Shown here: positions 1-8,519 of the stretch, one piece after another
Layout of the letters: every line of letters begins with the position of its first letter
Numbering within the stretch: the first letter of the stretch is position 1
Assembly (NCBI GenBank): GCA_963825295.1
Contig: CAWGSZ010000009.1
Location: 1,618,642 to 1,682,641 of the forward strand
Length of the DNA: 64,000 bases
Direction of reading: 5' to 3'
Source: Vicinamibacterales bacterium
GTDB taxonomy: Bacteria > Acidobacteriota > Vicinamibacteria > Vicinamibacterales > JAMQPK01
Program-made: the position numbers and the translations under genes
Notes under the pieces: model-generated
The model's input: the letters and a program-made list of their open reading frames with translations, nothing else
Databases searched by the model: none
What the model was told of the DNA's origin: nothing

Positions 1-473
1 CCGGACGTTCGGGCTTTGAATTCCGGCCGCGATTCGACGTGCCGGTCACCGTCGGCGAGACCGACGTGCGCCTGGCGCGCGATCGTCTGGAACTGCGCGG
101 ACAGTTTGCCTACGTGAGCGTGTCGAACGCCGCCGAGCTGAACGACGCGCTCGGCCGGGCGGTCGGCGTGGATCCCAACGTCGCCAGCGCGATGCGCGGC
201 TTCTACGGCGAGGCCTCGTACCGCGTCATCTCGGGCGCGCGCATCGGTGATGTCGGCATCTTCACGCGCTACGAAAATTTCGATACCCAGTTCCGCATGC
301 CGCTCGGCTACGTCCCGCTCGAAGAGTTCGACCGCGATGCGTTCACCACGGGAGGCACGTACTGGCCCGATCCGGACATTGCAATCAAGGTGGACTATTC
401 GATCGTCCGCAGCAAGAGCGCGATCCTTCCCGCGCCCAACTCGTTCAACATCGGCCTTGGATGGTGGTTCTGA
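1..473 (+). CDS. Outer-membrane beta-barrel (porin-like) protein, C-terminal fragment; 5' end lies outside the window
   Basis: The frame is open to the window edge (track ORF 39..473). The product ends ...SFNIGLGWWF, with the terminal aromatic residue typical of OM beta-barrels. The stop overlaps the next start by 1 nt. Family not resolved by eye. Confidence 0.45.
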   Translation, partial: GRSGFEFRPRFDVPVTVGETDVRLARDRLELRGQFAYVSVSNAAELNDALGRAVGVDPNVASAMRGFYGEASYRVISGARIGDVGIFTRYENFDTQFRMPLGYVPLEEFDRDAFTTGGTYWPDPDIAIKVDYSIVRSKSAILPAPNSFNIGLGWWF

Positions 474-847
474 TGACACGCATCTTCACGCGATTCAACA
501 TCGCCGTGGTCACCTCGGGCGTCCTCGCGGCGTTCGGCGGCGGGGCCATCGCGGCACGGCAGCCGAAGCCGCAGGTCGTGAATATTTCGGTCGAGCGGTT
601 CAGCTTCACGCCGTCCGAGTTCACGGTGACGGCGGGTCAACCGGTCGAGATCAGGCTGCGCAGCGACGATACCGATCACGGGTTTCGGATTCTCGGCACC
701 GATGTCAACGTGACGGTGCCCAAACGGGGCAAGGGCGCCGTGACCGTGATGTTCGAGCCGCCGAAACCCGGGCGCTACACCTTCGAGTGCTCGAAACTCT
801 GCGGGGCCGGCCATTCCTTCATGCGCGGCACACTCATCGCTGAATAG
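473..847 (+). CDS. Secreted single-domain cupredoxin with CuA-type ligand motif
   Basis: Track ORF 461..847. The ATG at 473 gives a signal anchor (MTRIFTRFNIAVVTSGVLAAFGG). H-x36-CSKLCGAGHSFM matches H...CX3CX3HX2M as in CuA/cupredoxin folds. Confidence 0.65.
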   Translation: MTRIFTRFNIAVVTSGVLAAFGGGAIAARQPKPQVVNISVERFSFTPSEFTVTAGQPVEIRLRSDDTDHGFRILGTDVNVTVPKRGKGAVTVMFEPPKPGRYTFECSKLCGAGHSFMRGTLIAE

Positions 848-857
848 AGAGAAGACC

Positions 858-2033
858 ATGTCCATCCGGCTGATGATTGGTGTCGCCGTTGCGGTGTTCG
901 GCACCGCGCTGACGGTCGCTCAGACGCAGGCGCTGCCCGGCGGCCCGCTGCCGGGCATCACGCCGGTCGAATTCCAGGAGTTTCGCCTGGGCCTGGACGA
1001 CTTTCTCGAAGTCGAAGCGTCCGAGGAAGGTCTCGGACCGGCGTTCAACGGCACCAGCTGCGCGGTGTGCCATAACGTGCCGGCCATCGGCGGCGTCAGC
1101 CCTGTCGCCGAGTTGCGCGCCGGGCGCGTGAACGACCAGGGAGCATTCGAAACGCTCGACAGCTCGGGCGAAACGCTGTTCCACCTGTTCTCGGTTCCCG
1201 GTCATGCGTGCCAGCCGATCGTGCCGGCCGAGGCGAACGTCTTCGCACGCCGCGTGCCCATTCCCGTCTTCGGCGCCGGCCTCGTGGAAGCGATTCCCGA
1301 CGACACGCTTCGCGACCTCGAGGATCCCTTCGATCGCAACGGCGACGGCGTGAGCGGGCGTGCCGCGATCGTCGTCGATATCGCGACGGGCGACCGGCGT
1401 GTCGGCCGTTTCGGATGGAAGGCGCAGCACGCGACGCTGTTGGCGTTCAGCGCCGACGCGTACCGCAACGAGATGGGCATTACCAACGATCTCTTCCCGC
1501 TCGAGTCGGCCTACGGCGTCAGCGCCGACCGCATGCGTCTCTGCGATCCGTTTTCCGATCCCGAGGACATCGCCGATCCACGGACGCGCCGCAGGGGCAT
1601 CGACAACTTCGCGAGCTTCATGAAATTTCTCGCGCCCGTCGCGCGCGAGGGCGTCACGCCGCAAACGCAGGCCGGCGAGAAGGTGTTCCAGTCGCTCGGA
1701 TGTGCCACGTGTCACGTACCCGTCCTGATGACGGGCGCGAGCGCGAATCCGCTGTTCAACCGGAAGCGGCTGGAGCTCTTCTCTGATTTGCTGCTGCACG
1801 AGGTCGGGACGGGAGATGGCATCCAGCAGGCATCCGCGGACGCGCACGAAATCCGCACGCCGGCGCTGTGGGGGCTGCGATTCCGCCGCCCGCTGCTCCA
1901 TGACGGCTCCGCCGCGACCATCGAGCAGGCCGTGCGGAGGCACGCCCGGGAAGCGGATCTCGCGCGGCGCGGCTTCGAGCAGCTGAGCGACGCCGACAAG
2001 GCTGCCTTGATGGCGTTTCTGAAATCGCTCTAG
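858..2033 (+). CDS. Di-haem cytochrome c peroxidase-like oxidoreductase (DUF1111 family)
   Basis: 391 aa with an N-terminal signal peptide. Two CXXCH haem motifs (CAVCH, CATCH) and a GRFGWKAQ motif recalled from DUF1111 proteins. Confidence 0.75.
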   Translation: MSIRLMIGVAVAVFGTALTVAQTQALPGGPLPGITPVEFQEFRLGLDDFLEVEASEEGLGPAFNGTSCAVCHNVPAIGGVSPVAELRAGRVNDQGAFETLDSSGETLFHLFSVPGHACQPIVPAEANVFARRVPIPVFGAGLVEAIPDDTLRDLEDPFDRNGDGVSGRAAIVVDIATGDRRVGRFGWKAQHATLLAFSADAYRNEMGITNDLFPLESAYGVSADRMRLCDPFSDPEDIADPRTRRRGIDNFASFMKFLAPVAREGVTPQTQAGEKVFQSLGCATCHVPVLMTGASANPLFNRKRLELFSDLLLHEVGTGDGIQQASADAHEIRTPALWGLRFRRPLLHDGSAATIEQAVRRHAREADLARRGFEQLSDADKAALMAFLKSL

Positions 2034-2050
2034 CCTGGATTGCACCGGAT

Positions 2051-2488
2051 ATGAAACGGGCACGATCGACCTCAGCCGGCCGTCGCGTCACTCCCCGCGG
2101 ACACGCCGAGCGACGCCGCAACGATCACTCGCAGGAGCTCGCGCAGGACTACGTCGAGATGATCGCCGATCTCATCGCGAAGACCGGCGAGGCCCGCCTC
2201 GTCGATCTCGCCCGAGGCCTCGGCGTCACGCACGTGACCGCGGGACAGACTCTGCGTCGCCTCAAGACGAGGGGCCTCGTCACGACGCAGCCGTACCGTT
2301 CGATTTTCCTGACCTCAGCCGGCCGCAGTCTGGCCAAGGAGTCGCGCGAGCGCCACGACCTCGTCGCCCGTTTTCTGATGGCGCTCGGCGTGCCCGCCAG
2401 CGTCGCCGAATCGGACGCGGAAGGCATGGAACACCACGTCAGTCCCGAAACGCTGACGGCGTTCGAGAAGTACCTGCGAAAAGGGTAA
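2051..2488 (+). CDS. DtxR/MntR-family metal-dependent transcriptional repressor
   Basis: 145 aa. Winged-helix segment (ARLVDLARGLGVTHVTAGQTLRRLKTRGLV) followed by a DtxR-type dimerisation/metal-binding region (RHDLVARFL...EGMEHHVS). No SH3-like tail, so MntR-sized. Confidence 0.7.
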   Translation: MKRARSTSAGRRVTPRGHAERRRNDHSQELAQDYVEMIADLIAKTGEARLVDLARGLGVTHVTAGQTLRRLKTRGLVTTQPYRSIFLTSAGRSLAKESRERHDLVARFLMALGVPASVAESDAEGMEHHVSPETLTAFEKYLRKG

Positions 2489-2489
2489 G

Positions 2490-2969
2490 ATGGCTCCAGA
2501 AGGAGTTCCGATGTCTCGAGGCACCGGTATCGCGCTTGCCACGGCGGCGCTCGCATTGGTGGGGTTCGGCGCGGCAGCCCAGCAGAAAGCGTCAGGACCG
2601 CTGGTGGAAGTCTTCAAGACGCCCACCTGCGGATGCTGCTCGCAATGGGTCGAGCACATGCGCAAGAACGGCTTCAACGTCCACACCACCGATCTCGTCG
2701 ATCTCAGCGCCATCAAGAAATCACGGGGTGTGCCTGCGGAGGTGCAGTCGTGCCACACGGCCGTCGTCAACGGCTACGTCGTGGAGGGCCACGTGCCGGC
2801 GGCCGACGTACACCGCATGCTGAAGGAAAAGCCGGCCATTGCCGGAATCGCGGTGGGCGGCATGCCCATCGGCTCGCCGGGAATGGAGACACCCTTCGTC
2901 AAGGCGGAGAAATTCGACGTGACGTCGTTCGACAAGAGCGGCGCACTGCGCGTGTTCGCGAAACACTGA
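2490..2969 (+). CDS. DUF411-family periplasmic metal-binding protein
   Basis: Signal peptide, a TCGCCSQW cysteine motif and a GMPIGSPGME segment recalled from DUF411 proteins. It starts 2 nt after the repressor stop; an alternative ATG lies at 2511. Confidence 0.65.
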   Translation: MAPEGVPMSRGTGIALATAALALVGFGAAAQQKASGPLVEVFKTPTCGCCSQWVEHMRKNGFNVHTTDLVDLSAIKKSRGVPAEVQSCHTAVVNGYVVEGHVPAADVHRMLKEKPAIAGIAVGGMPIGSPGMETPFVKAEKFDVTSFDKSGALRVFAKH

Positions 2970-2970
2970 T

Positions 2971-3693
2971 CTGCTCGACCTGCTCATCCTCCTCTCCGGC
3001 ATCGCCGGCGGCGCGGTCGCCTCGATCGCGGGATTCGGCATCGGCAGCCTGCTGACGCCCGCGCTGGCGGCCTCCGCCGGAGCCAGGCTGGCGGTCGCCG
3101 CCGTTTCGATTCCCCACGCCGTTGGTACTTCCCTCCGCTTCTGGCGATTTCGCCGCGAAGTCGATTGGACCCTCGTCAAGTCGTTCGGACTCACCAGCGC
3201 GGCAGGCGGCCTCGCCGGTGCCCTGCTGAACACGTGGGCATCGAACCGTGCGCTCGAAATCGTCTTCGGCGCGCTCCTCGTGCTGGCCGGCACGTCGCAG
3301 TTGACGGGGTTCGCCCAGCGCTGGCGCCTGCGTGGTGCGCTCGCATGGCTCGGAGGAGCCTTATCGGGGTTTTTCGGCGGCCTCGTCGGTAATCAGGGCG
3401 GCATCCGCACCGCCGCCATGCTGGGGTTCGACGTCGACAAGCGTCAGTTCGTCGCGACGACTACGGCCGTGGCGTTGCTCGTCGATGCCGCGCGCGTGCC
3501 CGTCTTCGTCGCGTTCCAAGGTCGCGAGCTCGCGGGGCTCTTCCCGATCATCGCCCTCGCCACGGTGGGCGTAATCGTGGGCACGCTCTTCGGAGAGACC
3601 TTGCTCGCACGCGTGCCCGACAGGCGCTTCCGGATCATCGTCGGGGCGCTGCTCCTCGCCCTCGGCGCATCTTTCCTGTTCGGATTCTCCTGA
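2971..3693 (+). CDS. TauE/SafE-family anion (sulfite) exporter; start codon uncertain
   Basis: Frame 1 is open from 2923. Translation from 2971 (LLDLLILLSGIAGGAVASIAGFGIGSLLTP...) reads as a complete roughly 240-aa TauE-like polytopic protein. The track ORF 3280..3693 covers only its C-terminal 137 aa. There is no ATG/GTG/TTG before 3280. Confidence 0.55.
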   Translation: MLDLLILLSGIAGGAVASIAGFGIGSLLTPALAASAGARLAVAAVSIPHAVGTSLRFWRFRREVDWTLVKSFGLTSAAGGLAGALLNTWASNRALEIVFGALLVLAGTSQLTGFAQRWRLRGALAWLGGALSGFFGGLVGNQGGIRTAAMLGFDVDKRQFVATTTAVALLVDAARVPVFVAFQGRELAGLFPIIALATVGVIVGTLFGETLLARVPDRRFRIIVGALLLALGASFLFGFS

Positions 3694-3728
3694 CGACCCT
3701 TCGCACTCCCGCCGCTGCAAACGCTCCG

Positions 3729-4282
<554 letters not shown>

Positions 4283-4494
4283 GCGTTCTCCTTGCGTCGA
4301 ACGCGATAACGCGCGCCGAATGGCGGCAGCAATCGCCCGACGTTCGAAGAATCACAGAGCAAGGTAAACGCCAATCGACAAACCTGCGAACTTCCGAAAA
4401 ACTCTCGGCAAATTCTCAGATCGCCGAATACGTCACGAACAGGAATGTCCGGACCAACGGGGAAAGTGAACGGGAATGTTCGAGAAGGGTTGCG

Positions 4495-6432
4495 TTAGCG
4501 CGCCGACACGAGACGCAGCTCGGAGGAGGCGTTCGCTTGTTGTGTGTTCTGTGATGTGTGCGACGCTTCGTCGCGCCGGGCCGTCCAGATGGCCTGCGCT
4601 AGGTGCGGCGCGATCACCTGTACCAGGCGGCTCTGGTTTTCAGAAAATATCGCCGTCGAGTACAACGTCAGCGTCCCGACAAGCGACTCGCGGGCGATCA
4701 GCGGCACGCTCAGCGCGTAGGCGAGCCCTCCCGCCAGACGCGCGCGCTCGCCGAGATCCAGCCGCGCCTCGGAGTTCACGATGACCTGGCGCTGCGCCGC
4801 GACCCAGCCGCTGACACCCTCGCCGAGGCGGAGCGTCGTACCGCCAATCTTGTCTGCGGCCGGACCTGCCCCGTGACGCAACGCGAGAGAGCCCCTTTCA
4901 TCGACGGTGTACCACGCAATCGTCGCGCCGGGGACGACATCCTTCACGAGCTTCGACGCGAGCGCCAGCACGTCGTTCGTCGAGGCATCGCCCGCGGTCA
5001 GGCGGGCGAGGCTTACGAATGCCAGCACGTCGTCGGACACCCCGGCGGGTGTCACGACAGGCGGTGGCGGCACGGCGACAGGCGCAGCCACGGACCGGGT
5101 AATCTGCCTGAGCGCGTCGTGCGGCTGGAACGCCGCCATCTGCGCGACGAGCTCGCGATGCACGCTGATGAAGGTGTCCACCACGAGCGGTTCGTACATG
5201 GTTCCGCGCCGCGCGCGCAGGATGTCGAACGCCTGCTCGTCGGACAATGCGGACCGGTACGGGCGGTCGGAAGTGAGCGCGTCGAAGCAGTCCACGACCG
5301 AAAGAATCCTCGCGCCGATCGGAATATCCGCGCCCACGACGCCCCTCGGGTACCCGGTGCCGTCCCAGTTCTCGTGATGGCAGCGCACGATGGGCACCAC
5401 CGGATACGGAAATTCCACGAGCGACAGAATGTCGGCGCCGACGTCGACGTGGCGCTTCATCTCTTCGAACTCGGCTTCGTTCAGCTTGCCGGGCTTGTTG
5501 AGAATGTGTTCCGGCACGGCGAGCTTGCCCGTGTCGTGCAGCAGTGCCGCGGCCTCGATCGCTTTCAGCGTCGCCTCGTCATCGAGGCCCAGCGCGCGCG
5601 CCAGGCCGAGCGCGTACGCCTGCACGCGCCTGACATGGCTGTGCGTCACGTCATCTTTGGCGTCGATGGCCATCGCGAGCGTCTCGACCGTCGACAAATA
5701 CAAGCGATCGAGGTGCGCCAGGTGGCGGCTCGCATCGTCGAGCCGGCCGATCGACGAGCGTAGCGTCAGGTGCAACACCAGCAGCAGCGGCACCAGCACG
5801 AGGATCGTGGCCGTCAGACCCGCCTCGTACATCACCAGGACGAGACAGAACGAGACCGACGCGGCCGCAAAGTATGTGGCCATGAGCCAGAGGAAGTGCT
5901 CGCGCCACACCGCAAGCGTCGGCCGGTCCGTGTCGAGTGCGACGGCGACCGCAATCACCAGCGTGTTCGTGACGAAATACACCGCGGTGAACGCGAGCAG
6001 CGGCACGACCAGATCGACGGCCGGCGACTGTACCTGCGAGAGCGGTTGCACACCGGCAGTCCAGAAGAACACGTGGCTGCCGGCCCAGACCGCAAACGCG
6101 CACGCCGACGCATTGAAGGTCACACGCTCGCGCGCGTGACCGCGCTTCCATGACGTGATGAGCGTGCCGAGCGCCACCGCGAGCGTCGCAGGGGCCGGAC
6201 CGAAAAGCAGCGCAGTAGTGATGAAAAAGGTGTCGGAGACCGTGACTCGGACCGAGATAGACCCGAGCTTCAGCGAGAACGAGCCGGCCACTGCCGTGAG
6301 GGCCGCGAAGATCAGCCACTCGTATCGATGTGGGGTCGTCTGTAACGAGACAACCGACTGGACGATGACCGCAACGCCGACGGCGCCAACCGCGAAGATC
6401 CACGCACGCAGCCCGTTACGCGGCCCGGTCAT
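4495..6432 (-). CDS. Polytopic membrane HD-GYP domain phosphodiesterase with C-terminal GAF-like domain
   Basis: 645 aa. The N-terminal roughly 220 aa hold multiple TM helices. HD-GYP signature: HSHVRRV...LLHDTGKLAVPEHILNKPGKL...CHHENWDGTGYPRG. The C-terminus has a GAF-like segment (LGEGVSGWVAAQRQVIV). Confidence 0.8.
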   Translation of the reverse strand: MTGPRNGLRAWIFAVGAVGVAVIVQSVVSLQTTPHRYEWLIFAALTAVAGSFSLKLGSISVRVTVSDTFFITTALLFGPAPATLAVALGTLITSWKRGHARERVTFNASACAFAVWAGSHVFFWTAGVQPLSQVQSPAVDLVVPLLAFTAVYFVTNTLVIAVAVALDTDRPTLAVWREHFLWLMATYFAAASVSFCLVLVMYEAGLTATILVLVPLLLVLHLTLRSSIGRLDDASRHLAHLDRLYLSTVETLAMAIDAKDDVTHSHVRRVQAYALGLARALGLDDEATLKAIEAAALLHDTGKLAVPEHILNKPGKLNEAEFEEMKRHVDVGADILSLVEFPYPVVPIVRCHHENWDGTGYPRGVVGADIPIGARILSVVDCFDALTSDRPYRSALSDEQAFDILRARRGTMYEPLVVDTFISVHRELVAQMAAFQPHDALRQITRSVAAPVAVPPPPVVTPAGVSDDVLAFVSLARLTAGDASTNDVLALASKLVKDVVPGATIAWYTVDERGSLALRHGAGPAADKIGGTTLRLGEGVSGWVAAQRQVIVNSEARLDLGERARLAGGLAYALSVPLIARESLVGTLTLYSTAIFSENQSRLVQVIAPHLAQAIWTARRDEASHTSQNTQQANASSELRLVSAR

Positions 6433-6435
6433 GTC

Positions 6436-8184
6436 CTATTGATCGACGACGATCGAATCGCCCCAGATGACCTCTTCGCCTTCCATCTTCCTGGAGTCGC
6501 CCCAGATCACTTCCTGGCCCTCGGGATTGGTGAGGTGGTCGCCCCAGATGACTTCCTGATCGGCGGTCCATCTCGACACATCACCCCAGATCACTTCGTT
6601 CGGATGCACCTGCGAGAGCGGGTTTGAGAGACCGAGGAGGTTCAGCTCGTCCGACCGCAGGTAGCCCGCGCTCAGCCAGGCCAGCGGCGCTTCGAGCAGC
6701 GACAGCACGCGGAGCCCGTACCCGCGGTAGAGCCGTGTGGTCATCGTGCCGTTGTCCCAGAACATCACGCCGCTGGCGGGCGTCAGCACGCCGCCGACGA
6801 GGGTCGACACGAGATTGGTGAGCCCGCTCGACGCCATTTTGCGGCTCGACCAGAAGTTCACGCTGCCCGCTCCGCCGCCCATCAGACCGCCGTCGGCCAT
6901 GTAGGTGGCGCCGCTCTGCAGCGCCATCTTCAACTGGGCCGACGTAATCTTGGGATGCGCCTGCATCAGGAGCGCGGCGCCGCCGGTGACGACGGCGGCC
7001 GACATGCTGGTGCCGCTCAGGTGCATGTAGCCGTTGGTCGAGTTGCCGGCGATGTGGAACTGCGGATAGGTGCGCGGCAGGTACGACCCGCGTGCCTCGA
7101 GCGAAACAATCTTGTTGCCAGGCGCCACGACGTCGGGCTTCACGGCGTTCTCGAACTTCGTCGGCCCGCGCGAGCTGTAGGTCGCCATGATGTCGTCGGA
7201 ACGGTCCGGCGTGCCCTTCGTGTTGATCGCGCCGACGGTGATCGCATACGGCGAATTGCCAGGCGACGAGACGCCTCCGAGGATCGGCGAACCGTCATCG
7301 GCTTTGCCGGCGTTGCCCGCCGACGCGATGACGATGATGCCGGCCATGCTCGCTTTCATCACGGCCTGGCAGAGCGGATCGGTCGTGGACGGCTCGGTGA
7401 CCGGATGCCCGAGTGAAAGGTTGATCGCGCGAATCTTGTACTTGTCGCGATTTTCGATGACCCACTCGATGCCCGCAATGACGTCGCTGGTATACCCGGT
7501 ACCGTCAGGGCCCAACACGCGGACGTTGACGAGCTTCACCCCTGGTGCAACACCGCCGCGAAATCCTGTCGTAATGCCGTTCGAGGCCGACCCGGCGCCC
7601 GCGATGATGCCTGCGATGTGCGTGCCGTGGCCGTGCGCGTCGTCTGTGGAAGGATCGCCGGTGACCTTGCTGACGCTGGCGATCACTTTCTGGGAAAGAG
7701 CGGGATGATCGGCAATGCCGGTATCGACGACGGCAACCGTGACACCCGAGCCGTTCATGCCTGCAATCCCGCCGATGCCAAGCAGGCCACCAGGCTGCCC
7801 TGCCCTCACCTGATCGGCCGCGGTCGACGTGTTCGAGACATCCATGAACGGCGCGACCAGTGCGTCGCCCGACAGGACGTCGTTGGCCGAATCGGCGGCC
7901 AGATCGGACACCTGCCTGCTGTTGGCCAGCACGACCGCCGCGCCATCGAGCCATCGCGCGATCGCGAGACCGTGACGCGAGGCCATCGCCTCGATTTCCG
8001 TTTTGGATCCGCGTACGATGACGCGCGTGCGCGCAATCGAGAGGCGCCCTTCGAACGACAAGAGATCGCTCGAAAGACTGGCGCGGTGAGGTTGCCCGCC
8101 GACGCCGAAGGTGGATGCGGCGATGAGGGCGACGACCGCGAAGCACTTCAAAAAGTGTGAGCTGGGGAGCCGCACAGTGTTCAT
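6436..8184 (-). CDS. Secreted subtilisin-like (S8) serine peptidase with C-terminal EVIWGD repeats
   Basis: Catalytic-triad motifs VAVVDTGI, HGHGTHIAG and GTSMSAAVVTG. The ATG at 8184 gives a signal peptide (MNTVRLPSSHFLKCFAVVALIAAS). The track ORF extends to GTG 8256. The stop lies 3 nt upstream of the HD-GYP start. Confidence 0.85.
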   Translation of the reverse strand: MNTVRLPSSHFLKCFAVVALIAASTFGVGGQPHRASLSSDLLSFEGRLSIARTRVIVRGSKTEIEAMASRHGLAIARWLDGAAVVLANSRQVSDLAADSANDVLSGDALVAPFMDVSNTSTAADQVRAGQPGGLLGIGGIAGMNGSGVTVAVVDTGIADHPALSQKVIASVSKVTGDPSTDDAHGHGTHIAGIIAGAGSASNGITTGFRGGVAPGVKLVNVRVLGPDGTGYTSDVIAGIEWVIENRDKYKIRAINLSLGHPVTEPSTTDPLCQAVMKASMAGIIVIASAGNAGKADDGSPILGGVSSPGNSPYAITVGAINTKGTPDRSDDIMATYSSRGPTKFENAVKPDVVAPGNKIVSLEARGSYLPRTYPQFHIAGNSTNGYMHLSGTSMSAAVVTGGAALLMQAHPKITSAQLKMALQSGATYMADGGLMGGGAGSVNFWSSRKMASSGLTNLVSTLVGGVLTPASGVMFWDNGTMTTRLYRGYGLRVLSLLEAPLAWLSAGYLRSDELNLLGLSNPLSQVHPNEVIWGDVSRWTADQEVIWGDHLTNPEGQEVIWGDSRKMEGEEVIWGDSIVVDQ

Positions 8185-8519
8185 AAATGGGCCTCTCGCA
8201 ACAGGCGCGGGTGTCAGAGCAATCTCGACGCCAGGCTGTCGGCGTCGTTCTGACACGAGGCTTAACTGGTTGACTTTTTAAGACTTACATTCGTCGGGAC
8301 ATGTGCGCAGCCGCGCAAGCCCAGACGAGGGTCCTGTGCCAAACCTGCACACGCTTTCTCGCATCGGCGTGGGTGATCGGCGGAATTTCTCAGCAAATCT
8401 GCGCCGATCGGCTTCGTGTTCAAGTCCGGCACACCTGTGCCGAGCTGGGGCACTCGGGCGCGTCGAGGGTGGGACACTGGTTCGAAGGCCCTGACCGATC
8501 AGACAATTGAGCACCGAAC

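Noticed and set aside
8262-8514. Several 60-80-aa ORFs on both strands in the 335-nt spacer between the S8 peptidase and the LarA-like gene
   Set aside because: They overlap one another, and I saw no ribosome-binding sites or recognisable motifs. The composition is that of a non-coding spacer.
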